Shown here piece by piece: positions 13,301 through 27,290 of a DNA stretch of 64,000 nucleotides; within the stretch, counting starts at the first letter, position 1; every line of letters begins with the position of its first letter. The position numbers and the translations under genes were made by a program. The DNA comes from Takakia lepidozioides (taxonomy: Eukaryota; Plantae; Bryophyta), in NCBI GenBank assembly GCA_030704615.1, contig CM060731.1:63550001-63614000 (forward strand), written 5' to 3'. The notes below the pieces were generated by a model. It had not been told where the DNA came from. It made no database searches and saw only the letters and a list, made by a program, of their open reading frames with translations.

Positions 13301-16300
13301 GCAGATCTAGCGGAATACATTCAACGGGTGAACGGATGGTTGCCCATCCAAATCATTTTTGTTTGCTTCCAAACTTTGCCAGTACGTTCGAGACACCCTC
13401 TCACAGGTCCCGGACTAATATCAGATCAATCGAAATTGATTCGATGGCTCAACGGATGGTTGGCCATCGAGATGATTTTGGTTCGCTTTGAGACTTGGCC
13501 AGTATGTTCAATGTGCCACGGAAGAGGCCCCAGAGTAATATGAGATCAACCGAAATTCGTTCAATGGGCCCACGGATGGTTGCCCATCCAAATGATTTTC
13601 GTTCGCTTTGAGACTTGGCCATTGTGTTCAATGTACCCTCTGATAGGTCCCAGTGTAATATGAGATCAATCGAAATTCGTTCGATGGGCCAATGAGGCGT
13701 TCAGTTGTCATCTGGTTTTTGTTCATTGCGAAAAACAAATCCTGCAATGCGTGCACGGCTATTGCACCCATTGAACGGATGTGGTTGAAGCCCCTCTTTT
13801 GCCCGCATGTGCTCGAACATGTGTGCGACACGTGTGCGGAGACACAACAGACGAATAAATCATTTTCCTCCCCATCGACACCAAGCCATTCCATAATGCA
13901 ATTGAATTTAAATTGATTTTAAGCCAATAAATAGGTTTGCACTGCCTTTCATTGGGGGTTCTGGCACGTATCGATTTTGTTTTTGGCTCAATTTTGTTCT
14001 GCGGCTTCCAGCATCCCACCACTACTCCCCCGCCAAAATTTGGACCGATCAAAAAATGCCCCCCGAAAAGAATGTTCTCTTCGTTCACTATTGCAAAACT
14101 CTCTATGAAGATTGCGTGAAGTTGAACACAAATCAAGTTTGGAGTGCAAAACAGGGAAGAAAACTGTGGTTTTGGGTCCAAATGAATTATGTTCGCTCCC
14201 AAATTTGGCACGCACGTTGCATATGGCTACATTATACGCCCCATTCAAAAAACGGAATGAAGAAAACCGTGAGCACGCGAAAACACAGCCCAACAGGTCC
14301 CAAAGCAAATAGCAGATCTAGCGGAATACATTCAACGGGTGAACGGATGGTTGCCCATCCAAATCATTTTTGTTTGCTTCCAAACTTTGCCAGTACGTTC
14401 GAGACACCCTCTCACAGGTCCCGGACTAATATCAGATCAATCGAAATTGATTCGATGGCTCAACGGATGGTTGGCCATCGAGATGATTTTGGTTCGCTTT
14501 GAGACTTGGCCAGTATGTTCAATGTGCCACGGAAGAGGCCCCAGAGTAATATGAGATCAACCGAAATTCGTTCAATGGGCCCACGGATGGTTGCCCATCC
14601 AAATGATTTTCGTTCGCTTTGAGACTTGGCCATTGTGTTCAATGTACCCTCTGATAGGTCCCAGTGTAATATGAGATCAATCGAAATTCGTTCGATGGGC
14701 CAATGAGGCGTTCAGTTGTCATCTGGTTTTTGTTCATTGCGAAAAACAAATCCTGCAATGCGTGCACGGCTATTGCACCCATTGAACGGATGTGGTTGAA
14801 GCCCCTCTTTTGCCCGCATGTGCTCGAACATGTGTGCGACACGTGTGCGGAGACACAACAGACGAATAAATCATTTTCCTCCCCATCGACACCAAGCCAT
14901 TCCATAATGCAATTGAATTTAAATTGATTTTAAGCCAATAAATAGGTTTGCACTGCCTTTCATTGGGGGTTCTGGCACGTATCGATTTTGTTTTTGGCTC
15001 AATTTTGTTCTGCGGCTTCCAGCATCCCACCACTACTCCCCCGCCAAAATTTGGACCGATCAAAAAATGCCCCCCGAAAAGAATGTTCTCTTCGTTCACT
15101 ATTGCAAAACTCTCTATGAAGATTGCGTGAAGTTGAACACAAATCAAGTTTGGAGTGCAAAACAGGGAAGAAAACTGTGGTTTTGGGTCCAAATGAATTA
15201 TGTTCGCTCCCAAATTTGGCACGCACGTTGCATATGGCTACATTATACGCCCCATTCAAAAAAACGGAATGAAGAAACCGTGAGCACGCGAAAACACAGC
15301 CCAACAGGTCCCAAAGCAAATAGCAGATCTAGCGGAATACATTCAACGGGTGAACGGATGGTTGCCCATCCAAATCATTTTTGTTTGCTTCCAAACTTTG
15401 CCAGTACGTTCGAGACACCCTCTCACAGGTCCCGGACTAATATCAGATCAATCGAAATTGATTCGATGGCTCAACGGATGGTTGGCCATCGAGATGATTT
15501 GGTTCGCTTTGAGACTTGGCCAGTATGTTCAATGTGCCACGGAAGAGGCCCCAGAGTAATATGAGATCAACCGAAATTCGTTCAATGGGCCCACGGATGG
15601 TTGCCCATCCAAATGATTTTCGTTCGCTTTGAGACTTGGCCATTGTGTTCAATGTACCCTCTGATAGGTCCCAGTGTAATATGAGATCAATCGAAATTCG
15701 TTCGATGGGCCAATGAGGCGTTCAGTTGTCATCTGGTTTTTGTTCATTGCGAAAAACAAATCCTGCAATGCGTGCACGGCTATTGCACCCATTGAACGGA
15801 TGTGGTTGAAGCCCCTCTTTTGCCCGCATGTGCTCGAACATGTGTGCGACACGTGTGCGGAGACACAACAGACGAATAAATCATTTTCCTCCCATCGACA
15901 CCAAGCCATTCCATAATGCAATTGAATTTAAATTGATTTTAAGCCAATAAATAGGTTTGCACTGCCTTTCATTGGGGGTTCTGGCACGTATCGATTTTGT
16001 TTTTGGCTCAATTTTGTTCTGCGGCTTCCAGCATCCCACCACTACTCCCCGCCAAAATTTGGACCGATCAAAAAATGCCCCCGAAAAGAATGTTCTCTTC
16101 GTTCACTATTGCAAAACTCTCTATGAAGATTGCGTGAAGTTGAACACAAATCAAGTTTGGAGTGCAAAACAGGGAAGAAAACTGTGGTTTTGGGTCCAAA
16201 TGAATTATGTTCGCTCCCAAATTTGGCACGCACGTTGCATATGGCTACATTATACGCCCCATTCAAAAAACGGAATGAAGAAAACCGTGAGCACGCGAAA

Positions 16301-19300
16301 ACACAGCCCAACAGGTCCCAAAGCAAATAGCAGATCTAGCGGAATACATTCAACGGGTGAACGGATGGTTGCCCATCCAAATCATTTTTGTTTGCTTCCA
16401 AACTTTGCCAGTACGTTCGAGACACCCTCTCACAGGTCCGGGACTAATATCAGATCAATCGAAATTGATTCGATGGCTCAACGGATGGTTGGCCATCGAG
16501 ATGATTTTGGTTCGCTTTGAGACTTGGCCAGTATGTTCAATGTGCCACGGAAGAGGCCCCAGAGTAATATGAGATCAACCGAAATTCGTTCAATGGGCCC
16601 ACGGATGGTTGCCCATCCAAATGATTTTCGTTCGCTTTGAGACTTGGCCATTGTGTTCAATGTACCCTCTGATAGGTCCCAGTGTAATATGAGATCAATC
16701 GAAATTCGTTCGATGGGCCAATGAGGCGTTCAGTTGTCATCTGGTTTTTGTTCATTGCGAAAAACAAATCCTGCAATGCGTGCACGGCTATTGCACCCAT
16801 TGAACGGATGTGGTTGAAGCCCCTCTTTTGCCCGCATGTGCTCGAACATGTGTGCGACACGTGTGCGGAGACACAACAGACGAATAAATCATTTTCCTCC
16901 CCATCGACACCAAGCCATTCCATAATGCAATTGAATTTAAATTGATTTTAAGCCAATAAATAGGTTTGCACTGCCTTTCATTGGGGGTTCTGGCACGTAT
17001 CGATTTTGTTTTTGGCTCAATTTTGTTCTGCGGCTTCCAGCATCCCACCACTACTCCCCCGCCAAAATTTGGACCGATCAAAAAATGCCCCCCGAAAAGA
17101 ATGTTCTCTTCGTTCACTATTGCAAAACTCTCTATGAAGATTGCGTGAAGTTGAACACAAATCAAGTTTGGAGTGCAAAACAGGGAAGAAAACTGTGGTT
17201 TTGGGTCCAAATGAATTATGTTCGCTCCCAAATTTGGCACGCACGTTGCATATGGCTACATTATACGCCCCATTCAAAAAACGGAATGAAGAAAACCGTG
17301 AGCACGCGAAAACACAGCCCAACAGGTCCCAAAGCAAATAGCAGATCTAGCGGAATACATTCAACGGGTGAACGGATGGTTGCCCATCCAAATCATTTTT
17401 GTTTGCTTCCAAACTTTGCCAGTACGTTCGAGACACCCTCTCACAGGTCCCGGACTAATATCAGATCAATCGAAATTGATTCGATGGCTCAACGGATGGT
17501 TGGCCATCGAGATGATTTTGGTTCGCTTTGAGACTTGGCCAGTATGTTCAATGTGCCACGGAAGAGGCCCCAGAGTAATATGAGATCAACCGAAATTCGT
17601 TCAATGGGCCCACGGATGGTTGCCCATCCAAATGATTTTCGTTCGCTTTGAGACTTGGCCATTGTGTTCAATGTACCCTCTGATAGGTCCCAGTGTAATA
17701 TGAGATCAATCGAAATTCGTTCGATGGGCCAATGAGGCGTTCAGTTGTCATCTGGTTTTTGTTCATTGCGAAAAAACAAATCCTGCAATGCGTGCACGGC
17801 TATTGCACCCATTGAACGGATGTGGTTGAAGCCCCTCTTTTGCCCGCATGTGCTCGAACATGTGTGCGACACGTGTGCGGAGACACAACAGACGAATAAA
17901 TCATTTTCCTCCCCATCGACACCAAGCCATTCCATAATGCAATTGAATTTAAATTGATTTTAAGCCAATAAATAGGTTTGCACTGCCTTTCATTGGGGGT
18001 TCTGGCACGTATCGATTTTGTTTTTGGCTCAATTTTGTTCTGCGGCTTCCAGCATCCCACCACTACTCCCCCGCCAAAATTTGGACCGATCAAAAAATGC
18101 CCCCCGAAAAGAATGTTCTCTTCGTTCACTATTGCAAAACTCTCTATGAAGATTGCGTGAAGTTGAACACAAATCAAGTTTGGAGTGCAAAACAGGGAAG
18201 AAAACTGTGGTTTTGGGTCCAAATGAATTATGTTCGCTCCCAAATTTGGCACGCACGTTGCATATGGCTACATTATACGCCCCATTCAAAAAACGGAATG
18301 AAGAAAACCGTGAGCACGCGAAAACACAGCCCAACAGGTCCCAAAGCAAATAGCAGATCTAGCGGAATACATTCAACGGGTGAACGGATGGTTGCCCATC
18401 CAAATCATTTTGTTTGCTTCCAAACTTTGCCAGTACGTTCGAGACACCCTCTCACAGGTCCCGGACTAATATCAGATCAATCGAAATTGATTCGATGGCT
18501 CAACGGATGGTTGGCCATCGAGATGATTTTGGTTCGCTTTGAGACTTGGCCAGTATGTTCAATGTGCCACGGAAGAGGCCCCAGAGTAATATGAGATCAA
18601 CCGAAATTCGTTCAATGGGCCCACGGATGGTTGCCCATCCAAATGATTTTCGTTCGCTTTGAGACTTGGCCATTGTGTTCAATGTACCCTCTGATAGGTC
18701 CCAGTGTAATATGAGATCAATCGAAATTCGTTCGATGGGCCAATGAGGCGTTCAGTTGTCATCTGGTTTTTGTTCATTGCGAAAAACAAATCCTGCAATG
18801 CGTGCACGGCTATTGCACCCATTGAACGGATGTGGTTGAAGCCCCTCTTTTGCCCGCATGTGCTCGAACATGTGTGCGACACGTGTGCGGAGACACAACA
18901 GACGAATAAATCATTTTCCTCCCCATCGACACCAAGCCATTCCATAATGCAATTGAATTTAAATTGATTTTAAGCCAATAAATAGGTTTGCACTGCCTTT
19001 CATTGGGGGTTCTGGCACGTATCGATTTTGTTTTTGGCTCAATTTTGTTCTGCGGCTTCCAGCATCCCACCACTACTCCCCCGCCAAAATTTGGACCGAT
19101 CAAAAAATGCCCCCGAAAAGAAGTTCTCTTCGTTCACTATTGCAAAACTCTCTATGAAGATTGCGTGAAGTTGAACACAAATCAAGTTTGGAGTGCAAAA
19201 CAGGGAAGAAAACTGTGGTTTTGGGTCCAAATGAATTATGTTCGCTCCCAAATTTGGCACGCACGTTGCATATGGCTACATTATACGCCCCATTCAAAAA

Positions 19301-22300
19301 ACGGAATGAAGAAAACCGTGAGCACGCGAAAAACACAGCCCAACAGGTCCCAAAGCAAATAGCAGATCTAGCGGAATACATTCAACGGGTGAACGGATGG
19401 TTGCCCATCCAAATCATTTTTGTTTGCTTCCAAACTTTGCCAGTACGTTCGAGACACCCTCTCACAGGTCCCGGACTAATATCAGATCAATCGAAATTGA
19501 TTCGAGGCTCAACGGATGGTTGGCCATCGAGATGATTTTGGTTCGCTTTGAGACTTGGCCAGTATGTTCAATGTGCCACGGAAGAGGCCCAGAGTAATAT
19601 GAGATCAACCGAAATTCGTTCAATGGGCCCACGGATGGTTGCCCATCCAAATGATTTTCGTTCGCTTTGAGACTTGGCCATTGTGTTCAATGTACCCTCT
19701 GATAGGTCCCAGTGTAATATGAGATCAATCGAAATTCGTTCGATGGGCCAATGAGGCGTTCAGTTGTCATCTGGTTTTTGTTCATTGCGAAAAACAAATC
19801 CTGCAATGCGTGCACGGCTATTGCACCCATTGAACGGATGTGGTTGAAGCCCCTCTTTGCCCGCATGTGCTCGAACATGTGTGCGACACGTGTGCGGAGA
19901 CACACAGACGAATAATAAATCATTTTCCTCCCCATCGACACCAAGCCATTCCATAATGCAATTGAATTTAAATTGATTTTAAGCCAATAAATAGGTTTGC
20001 ACTGCTTTCATTGGGGGTTCTGGCACGTATCGATTTTGTTTTTGGCTCAATTTTGTTCTGCGGCTTCCAGCATCCCACCACTACTCCCCCGCCAAAATTT
20101 GGACCGATCAAAAAATGCCCCCCGAAAAGAATGTTCTCTTCGTTCACTATTGCAAAAACTCTCTATGAAGATTGCGTGAAGTTGAAACACAAATCAAGTT
20201 TGGAGTGCAAAACAGGAAGAAAACTGTGGTTTTGGGTCAAATGAATTATGTTCGCTCCCAAATTTGGCACAACGTTGCATATGGCTACATTATACGCCCC
20301 ATTCAAAAAACGGAATGAAGAAAAACCGTGAGCACGCGAAAAACACAGCCCAACAGGTCCCAAAAGCAAATAGCAGATCTAGCGGAATACATTCAACGGT
20401 GTGAACGGATGGTTGCCCATCCAAATCATTTTTGTTTGCTTCCAAACTTTGCCAGTACGTTCGAGACACCCTCTCACAGGTCCCGGAACTAATATCAGAT
20501 CAATCGAAATTGATTCGATGGCTCAACGGATGGTGGCCATCGAGATGATTTTGGTTCGCTTTGAGACTTGGCAGTATGTTCAATGTGCCACGGAAGAGGC
20601 CCCAGAGTAATATGAGATCAACCGAAATTCGTTCAATGGGCCCACGGATGGTTGCCCATCCAAATGATTTTCGTTCGCTTTGAGACTTGGCCATTGTTCA
20701 ATGTACCCTCTGATAGGTCCCAGTGTAATATGAGATCAATCGAAATTCGTTCGATGGGCCATGAGGCGTTCAGTTGTCATCTGGTTTTGTTCATTGCGAA
20801 AAACAAATCCTGCAATGCGTGCCGGCTATTGCAACCCATTGAACGGATGTGGTTGAAGCCCTCTTTTGCCCGCATGTGCTCGAACATGTGGTGCGACACG
20901 GGCGGAGACACAACAGACGAATAAATCATTTCCTCCCCATCGACACCAAGCCATTCCATAATGCAATTGAATTTAAATTGATTTTAAGCCAATAAATAGG
21001 TTTGCACTGCCTTCATTGGGGGTCTGGCACGTATCGATTTTGTTTTTGGCTCAATTTGTTCTGCGGCTTCCAGCATCCCACCACTACTCCCCGCCAAATT
21101 TGGACGATCAAAAAAATGCCCCCCGAAAGAAAAGAATGTCTTTCGTTCACTATTGCAAAACTCTCTATGAAGATTGCGTGAAGTTGAACACAAATCAATT
21201 GGGAGTGCAAAACAGGGAAGAAAAACTGTGGTTGGGGTCCAAATGAATTATGCTCCCATTTGGCACGCACGTTGCATATGGCTACATTATACGCCCCATT
21301 CAAAAAACGGAATGAAGAAAAACCGTGAGGCACGGAGAACACAAAGCCCAACAGGTCCCAAAAGCAAATAGCAGATCTAGCGGAATACATTCAACGGGTG
21401 AACGGATGGTTGCCCATCCAAATCATTTTTGTTTGCTTCCAAACTTTGCCAGTACGTTCGAGACACCCCTCTCACAGGTCCCGGACTAATATCAGATCAA
21501 TCGAAATTGATTCGATGGCTCAACGGATGGTTGGCCATCGAGATGATTTTGGTTCGCTTTGAGACTTGGCCAGTATGTTCAATGTGCCACGGAAGAGGCC
21601 CCAGAGTAATATGAGATCAACCGAAATTCGTTCAATGGGCCACGGATGGTTGCCCATCCAAATGATTTTCGTTCGCTTTGAGACTTGGCCATTGTGTTCA
21701 ATGTACCCTCTGATAGGTCCCAGTGTAATATGAGATCAATCGAAATTCGTTCGATGGGCCAATGAGGCGTTCAGTTGTCATCTGGTTTTTGTTCATTGCG
21801 AAAAAACAAATCCTGCAATGCGTGCACGGCTATTGCACCCATTGAACGGATGTGGTTGAAGCCCCTCTTTTGCCCGCATGTGCTCGAACATGTGTGCGAC
21901 ACGTGTGCGGAGACACAACAGACGAATAAATCATTTCCCTCCCCATCGACACCAAGCCATTCCATAATGCAATTGAATTTAAATTGATTTTAAGCCAATA
22001 AATAGGTTTGCACTGCCTTTCATTGGGGGTTCTGGCACGTATCGATTTTGTTTTTTGGCTCAATTTTGTTCTGCGGCTTCCAGCATCCCACCACTACTCC
22101 CCCCGCCAAAATTTGGACCGATCAAAAAATGCCCCCCGAAAAGAATGTTCTCTTCGTCACTATTGCAAAACTCTCTATGAAGATTGCGTGAAGTTGAACA
22201 CAAATCAAGTTTGGAGTGCAAAACAGGGAAGAAAACTGTGGTTTTGGGTCCAAATGAATTATGTTCGCTCCCAAATTTGGCACGCACGTTGCATATGGCT

Positions 22301-25300
22301 ACATTATACGCCCCATTCAAAAAACGGAATGAAGAAAACCGTGAGCACGCGAAAACACAGCCCAACAGGTCCCAAGCAAATAGCAGATCTAGCGGAATAC
22401 ATTCAACGGGTGAACGGATGGTTGCCCATCCAATCATTTTTGTTTGCTTCCAAACTTTGCCAGTACGTTCGAGACACCCTCTCACAGGTCCCGGACTAAT
22501 ATCAGATCAATCGAAATTGATTCGATGGCTCAACGGATGGTTGGCCATCGAGATGATTTTGGTTCGCTTTGAGACTTGGCCAGTATGTTCAATGTGCCAC
22601 GGAAGAGGCCCCAGAGTAATATGAGATCAACCGAAATTCGTTCAATGGGCCCACGGATGGTTGCCCATCCAAATGATTTTCGTTCGCTTTGAGACTTGGC
22701 CATTGTGTTCAATGTACCCTCTGATAGGTCCCAGTGTAATATGAGATCAATCGAAATTCGTTCGATGGGCCAATGAGGCGTTCAGTTGTCATCTGGTTTT
22801 TGTTCATTGCGAAAAACAAATCCTGCAATGCGTGCACGGCTATTGCACCCATTGAACGGATGTGGTTGAAGCCCCTCTTTTGCCCGCATGCTCGAACATG
22901 TGTGCGACACGTGTGCGGAGACACAACAGACGAATAAATCATTTTCCTCCCCATCGACACCAAGCCATTCCATAATGCAATTGAATTTAAATTGATTTTA
23001 AGCCAATAAATAGGTTTGCACTGCCTTTCATTGGGGGTTCTGGCACGTATCGATTTTGTTTTTGGCTCAATTTTGTTCTGCGGCTTCCAGCATCCCACCA
23101 CTACTCCCCCGCCAAAATTTGGACCGATCAAAAAATGCCCCCAAAAAAGAATGTTCTCTTCGTTCACTATTGCAAAACTCTCTATGAAGATTGCGTGAAG
23201 TTGAACACAAATCAAGTTTGAGTGCAAAACAGGGAAGAAAACTGTGGTTTTGGGTCCAAATGAATTATGTTCGCTCCCAAATTTGGCACGCACGTTGCAT
23301 ATGGCTACATTATACGCCCCATTCAAAAAACGGAATGAAGAAAACCGTGAGCACGCGAAACACAGCCCAACAGGTCCCAAAGCAAATAGCAGATCTAGCG
23401 GAATACATTCAACGGGTGAACGGATGGTTGCCCATCCAAATCATTTTTGTTTGCTTCCAAACTTTGCCAGTACGTTCGAGACACCCTCTCACAGGTCCCG
23501 GACTAATATCAGATCAATCGAAATTGATTCGATGGCTCAACGGATGGTTGGCCATCGAGATGATTTTGGTTCGCTTTGAGACTTGGCCAGTATGTTCAAT
23601 GTGCCACGGAAGAGGCCCCAGAGTAATATGAGATCAACCGAAATTCGTTCAATGGGCCCACGGATGGTTGCCCATCCAAATGATTTTCGTTCGCTTTGAG
23701 ACTTGGCCATTGTGTTCAATGTACCCTCTGATAGGTCCCAGTGTAATATGAGATCAATCGAAATTCGTTCGATGGGCCAATGAGGCGTTCAGTTGTCATC
23801 TGGTTTTTGTTCATTGCGAAAAACAAATCCTGCAATGCGTGCACGGCTATTGCACCCATTGAACGGATGTGGTTGAAGCCCCTCTTTTGCCCGCATGTGC
23901 TCGAACATGTGTGCGACACGTGTGCGGAGACACAACAGACGAATAAATCATTTTCCTCCCCATCGACACCAAGCCATTCCATAATGCAATTGAATTTAAA
24001 TTGATTTTAAGCCAATAAATAGGTTTGCACTGCCTTTCATTGGGGGTTCTGGCACGTATCGATTTTGTTTTTGGCTCAATTTTGTTCTGCGGCTTCCAGC
24101 ATCCCACCACTACTCCCCCGCCAAAATTTGGACCGATCAAAAAATGCCCCCGAAAAGAATGTTCTCTTCGTTCACTATTGCAAAACTCTCTATGAAGATT
24201 GCGTGAAGTTGAACACAAATCAAGTTTGGAGTGCAAAACAGGGAAGAAAACTGTGGTTTTGGGTCCAAATGAATTATGTTCGCTCCCAAATTTGGCACGC
24301 ACGTTGCATATGGCTACATTATACGCCCCATTCAAAAAACGGAATGAAGAAAACCGTGAGCACGCGAAAACACAGCCCAACAGGTCCCAAAGCAAATAGC
24401 AGATCTAGCGGAATACATTCAACGGGTGAACGGATGGTTGCCCATCCAAATCATTTTTGTTTGCTTCCAAACTTTGCCAGTACGTTCGAGACACCCTCTC
24501 ACAGGTCCCGGACTAATATCAGATCAATCGAAATTGATTCGATGGCTCAACGGATGGTTGGCCATCGAGATGATTTTGGTTCGCTTTGAGACTTGGCCAG
24601 TATGTTCAATGTGCCACGGAAGAGGCCCCAGAGTAATATGAGATCAACCGAAATTCGTTCAATGGGCCCACGGATGGTTGCCCATCCAAATGATTTTCGT
24701 TCGCTTTGAGACTTGGCCATTGTGTTCAATGTACCCTCTGATAGGTCCCAGTGTAATATGAGATCAATCGAAATTCGTTCGATGGGCCAATGAGGCGTTC
24801 AGTTGTCATCTGGTTTTTGTTCATTGCGAAAAACAAATCCTGCAATGCGTGCACGGCTATTGCACCCATTGAACGGATGTGGTTGAAGCCCCTCTTTTGC
24901 CCGCATGTGCTCGAACATGTGTGCGACACGTGTGCGGAGACACAACAGACGAATAAATCATTTTCCTCCCCATCGACACCAAGCCATTCCATAATGCAAT
25001 TGAATTTAAATTGATTTTAAGCCAATAAATAGGTTTGCACTGCCTTTCATTGGGGTTCTGGCACGTATCGATTTTGTTTTTGGCTCAATTTTGTTCTGCG
25101 GCTTCCAGCATCCCACCACTACTCCCCCGCCAAAATTTGGACCGATCAAAAAATGCCCCCCGAAAAGAATGTTCTCTTCGTTCACTATTGCAAAACTCTC
25201 TATGAAGATTGCGTGAAGTTGAACACAAATCAAGTTTGGAGTGCAAAACAGGGAAGAAAACTGTGGTTTTGGGTCCAAATGAATTATGTTCGCTCCAAAT

Positions 25301-25775
25301 TTGGCACGCACGTTGCATATGGCTACATTATACGCCCCATTCAAAAAACGGAATGAAGAAACCGTGAGCACGCGAAAACACAGCCAACAGGTCCCAAAGC
25401 AATAGCAGATCTAGCGGAATACATTCAACGGGTGAACGGATGGTTGCCCATCCAAATCATTTTTGTTTGCTTCCAAACTTTGCCAGTACGTTCGAGACAC
25501 CCTCTCACAGGTCCCGGACTAATATCAGATCAATCGAAATTGATTCGATGGCTCAACGGATGGTTGGCCATCGAGATGATTTTGGTTCGCTTTGAGACTT
25601 GGCCAGTATGTTCAATGTGCCACGGAAGAGGCCCCAGAGTAATATGAGATCAACCGAAATTCGTTCAATGGGCCCACGGATGGTTGCCCATCCAAATGAT
25701 TTTCGTTCGCTTTGAGACTTGGCCATTGTGTTCAATGTACCCTCTGATAGGTCCCAATGTAATATGAGATCAATC
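10399..25775. repeat. Tandem array of ~1011-bp units (15 full copies plus a ~240-bp partial); each unit has three 120-bp subrepeats and a unique segment
   Basis: The marker GAAATTGATTCGATGGCTC recurs at 10401, 11412, 12422, 13432, 14443, 15454, 16461, 17472, 18483, 19493, 20506, 21503, 22513, 23520, 24530 and 25536. Within a unit, ACGGATGGTTG recurs every 120 bp (11312, 11432, 11552). Confidence 0.99.
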
Positions 25776-25789
25776 GTTAACGCGTAATC

Positions 25790-26880
25790 ATGAATCATCC
25801 AGAAGGGGAACTTTTTCTTCACCCTTTGAACCATTTAACATTGATAGGATACTTGTCCAATAACTTTAAGAGGGCATATACATGACACTCGCAAAGTTTC
25901 AAATGAGTCCAAAATCATTTGGCAGGGGAATGATTGGTTCACCCATAGCTAATTTAAGGGGCAAAAATTGCCATTTATGGGGCTCGAATTGCCAATTTCA
26001 GGGGCTAGACTTGCAATTTGAGGGGTTGAAACTGCCATTCCAGGGGCTTCAATTGCCAATTTCAGGGGCTGCACTAGCAATTGCCATTTCACAGGCTACA
26101 GTTGCGGGAATTGTCATTTCAGGGGCTAGAAGTGCAATTTGAGGGGTTGGAATTAAATTTCAGGGGCTTCAATTGCAATTTGAGGGGTTGGAATTGACAA
26201 TTTCAAGGGTTCAAATTACAATTTGAGGGGCGGCCGGGGTTGGTCATTTTAGGGACTGGCATTACCAATTTTAAGGGCTTGAATTGCATTTTGAATTGTA
26301 ATTCAAGGGTTACAATGGGCCATTGGGGGGCTAGAATTACCAAAGCATGACATCCAAAGCAATATAAAATAATTTGATAGCGGAATGATTGGTTCACCCT
26401 TTCAACCATTTTTTATTCACGTCATACTTGTCCGGTACTTGTAGGAGGGCATGTGGCTCACACTTGCAAAGCTTCAAAGCAATGTAAAATCATTTGATAG
26501 TGGAACAATTGGTTCACCCTTTCAACCATACTCTACTGACCTCATACTTGTCCGGTACCTTTAAAATGACATGTGAAAGACACTTGCAAAGCTTTAAAGC
26601 ACTCCAAAATCATTTGATATGTTCATGATTGATTCACCCTTTCAACCATTTTAGATTGATTTGAAACTTGTGAAAGACCTGTAAGAGGGCATGTACAAGA
26701 CACTTGCAAAGTTTCAAATCATTTGGTAGGGGGACGATTGGTTCACCCTTTAAACCATTTTAGACTGATGTCATACTTCTCAAAGACGTGTAAGAGGGCA
26801 TGTAGAAGACACTTGCAAAAGTTTCGGAGCAATAAAATATCATTTCATCGGGGAAGTTTCCGTTCACCCTTTCATCCAAT
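25790..26880 (-). repeat. Diverged 120-bp repeats, reverse-complement homologs of the satellite subrepeat
   Basis: TTCACCC recurs at 25818, 25938, 26393, 26513, 26633, 26742 and 26863. The unit text CATACTTGTCCGGTACTTGTAGGAGGG...CTTGCAAAGCTTCAAAGC...AAAATCATTTG aligns with the reverse complement of the array subrepeat (GATATTAGTCCGGGACCTGTGAGAGGG...CTGGCAAAGTTTGGAAGC...AAAATGATTTG). Confidence 0.85.
25950..26342. repeat. ~21-22 bp minisatellite (AATTGCCAATTTCAGGGGCT-like)
   Basis: Roughly 15-18 degenerate copies of AATTGC(C)AATTT(C/G)AGGGG(C/T)T lie between two 120-bp units. Confidence 0.85.
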
Positions 26881-27290
26881 TTTGAATTGAACTGGATTTT
26901 TACTAAATAAAATGATTTAAAGGGCATAGGATTGTGGGGCGCAATGAGTGTGGGGCGCAATGATTTTGTTTTTGGCTTGATTTTGTTATGTGAGTTGAAC
27001 CCTCACACCACCACGTCCTTGCCAAAAATTGTACCAAAGAAAAATGTTTGGAAAAAAACGTTCATTCTTTGCTCTATGCTTACTATTGCAGAACTCTCTA
27101 TGAAGAGTGCATGAAGTTGAAGATAACTTCACCTTAGAGTCCAAATGAGGGAATAAAATGTGTTTTGGATGCAGATGATGTCTGTTCATGGTGATATTTT
27201 ACATGCAACTCTTCATATTGTTATCAAGCATATGGCTTCAGAATGAAATTAAAAACAATTCATGTGCATGCGAAAGATTGTTTCTCCTTA
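26880..27290 (+). repeat. Single diverged copy of the unique segment of the 1011-bp monomer
   Basis: GATTTTGTTTTTGGCTTGATTTTGTT (26962) and ACTATTGCAGAACTCTCTATGAAGAGTGCATGAAGTTGAA (27082) match monomer GATTTTGTTTTTGGCTCAATTTTGT (10942) and ACTATTGCAAAACTCTCTATGAAGATTGCGTGAAGTTGAA (11056). Confidence 0.9.

Noticed and set aside
10418-25834. Dozens of recurring 60-220 aa ORFs in the tandem array
   Set aside because: They occur in all frames, have no recognisable motif, and fuse or split with single-base indels between copies. They are by-products of the repeat.
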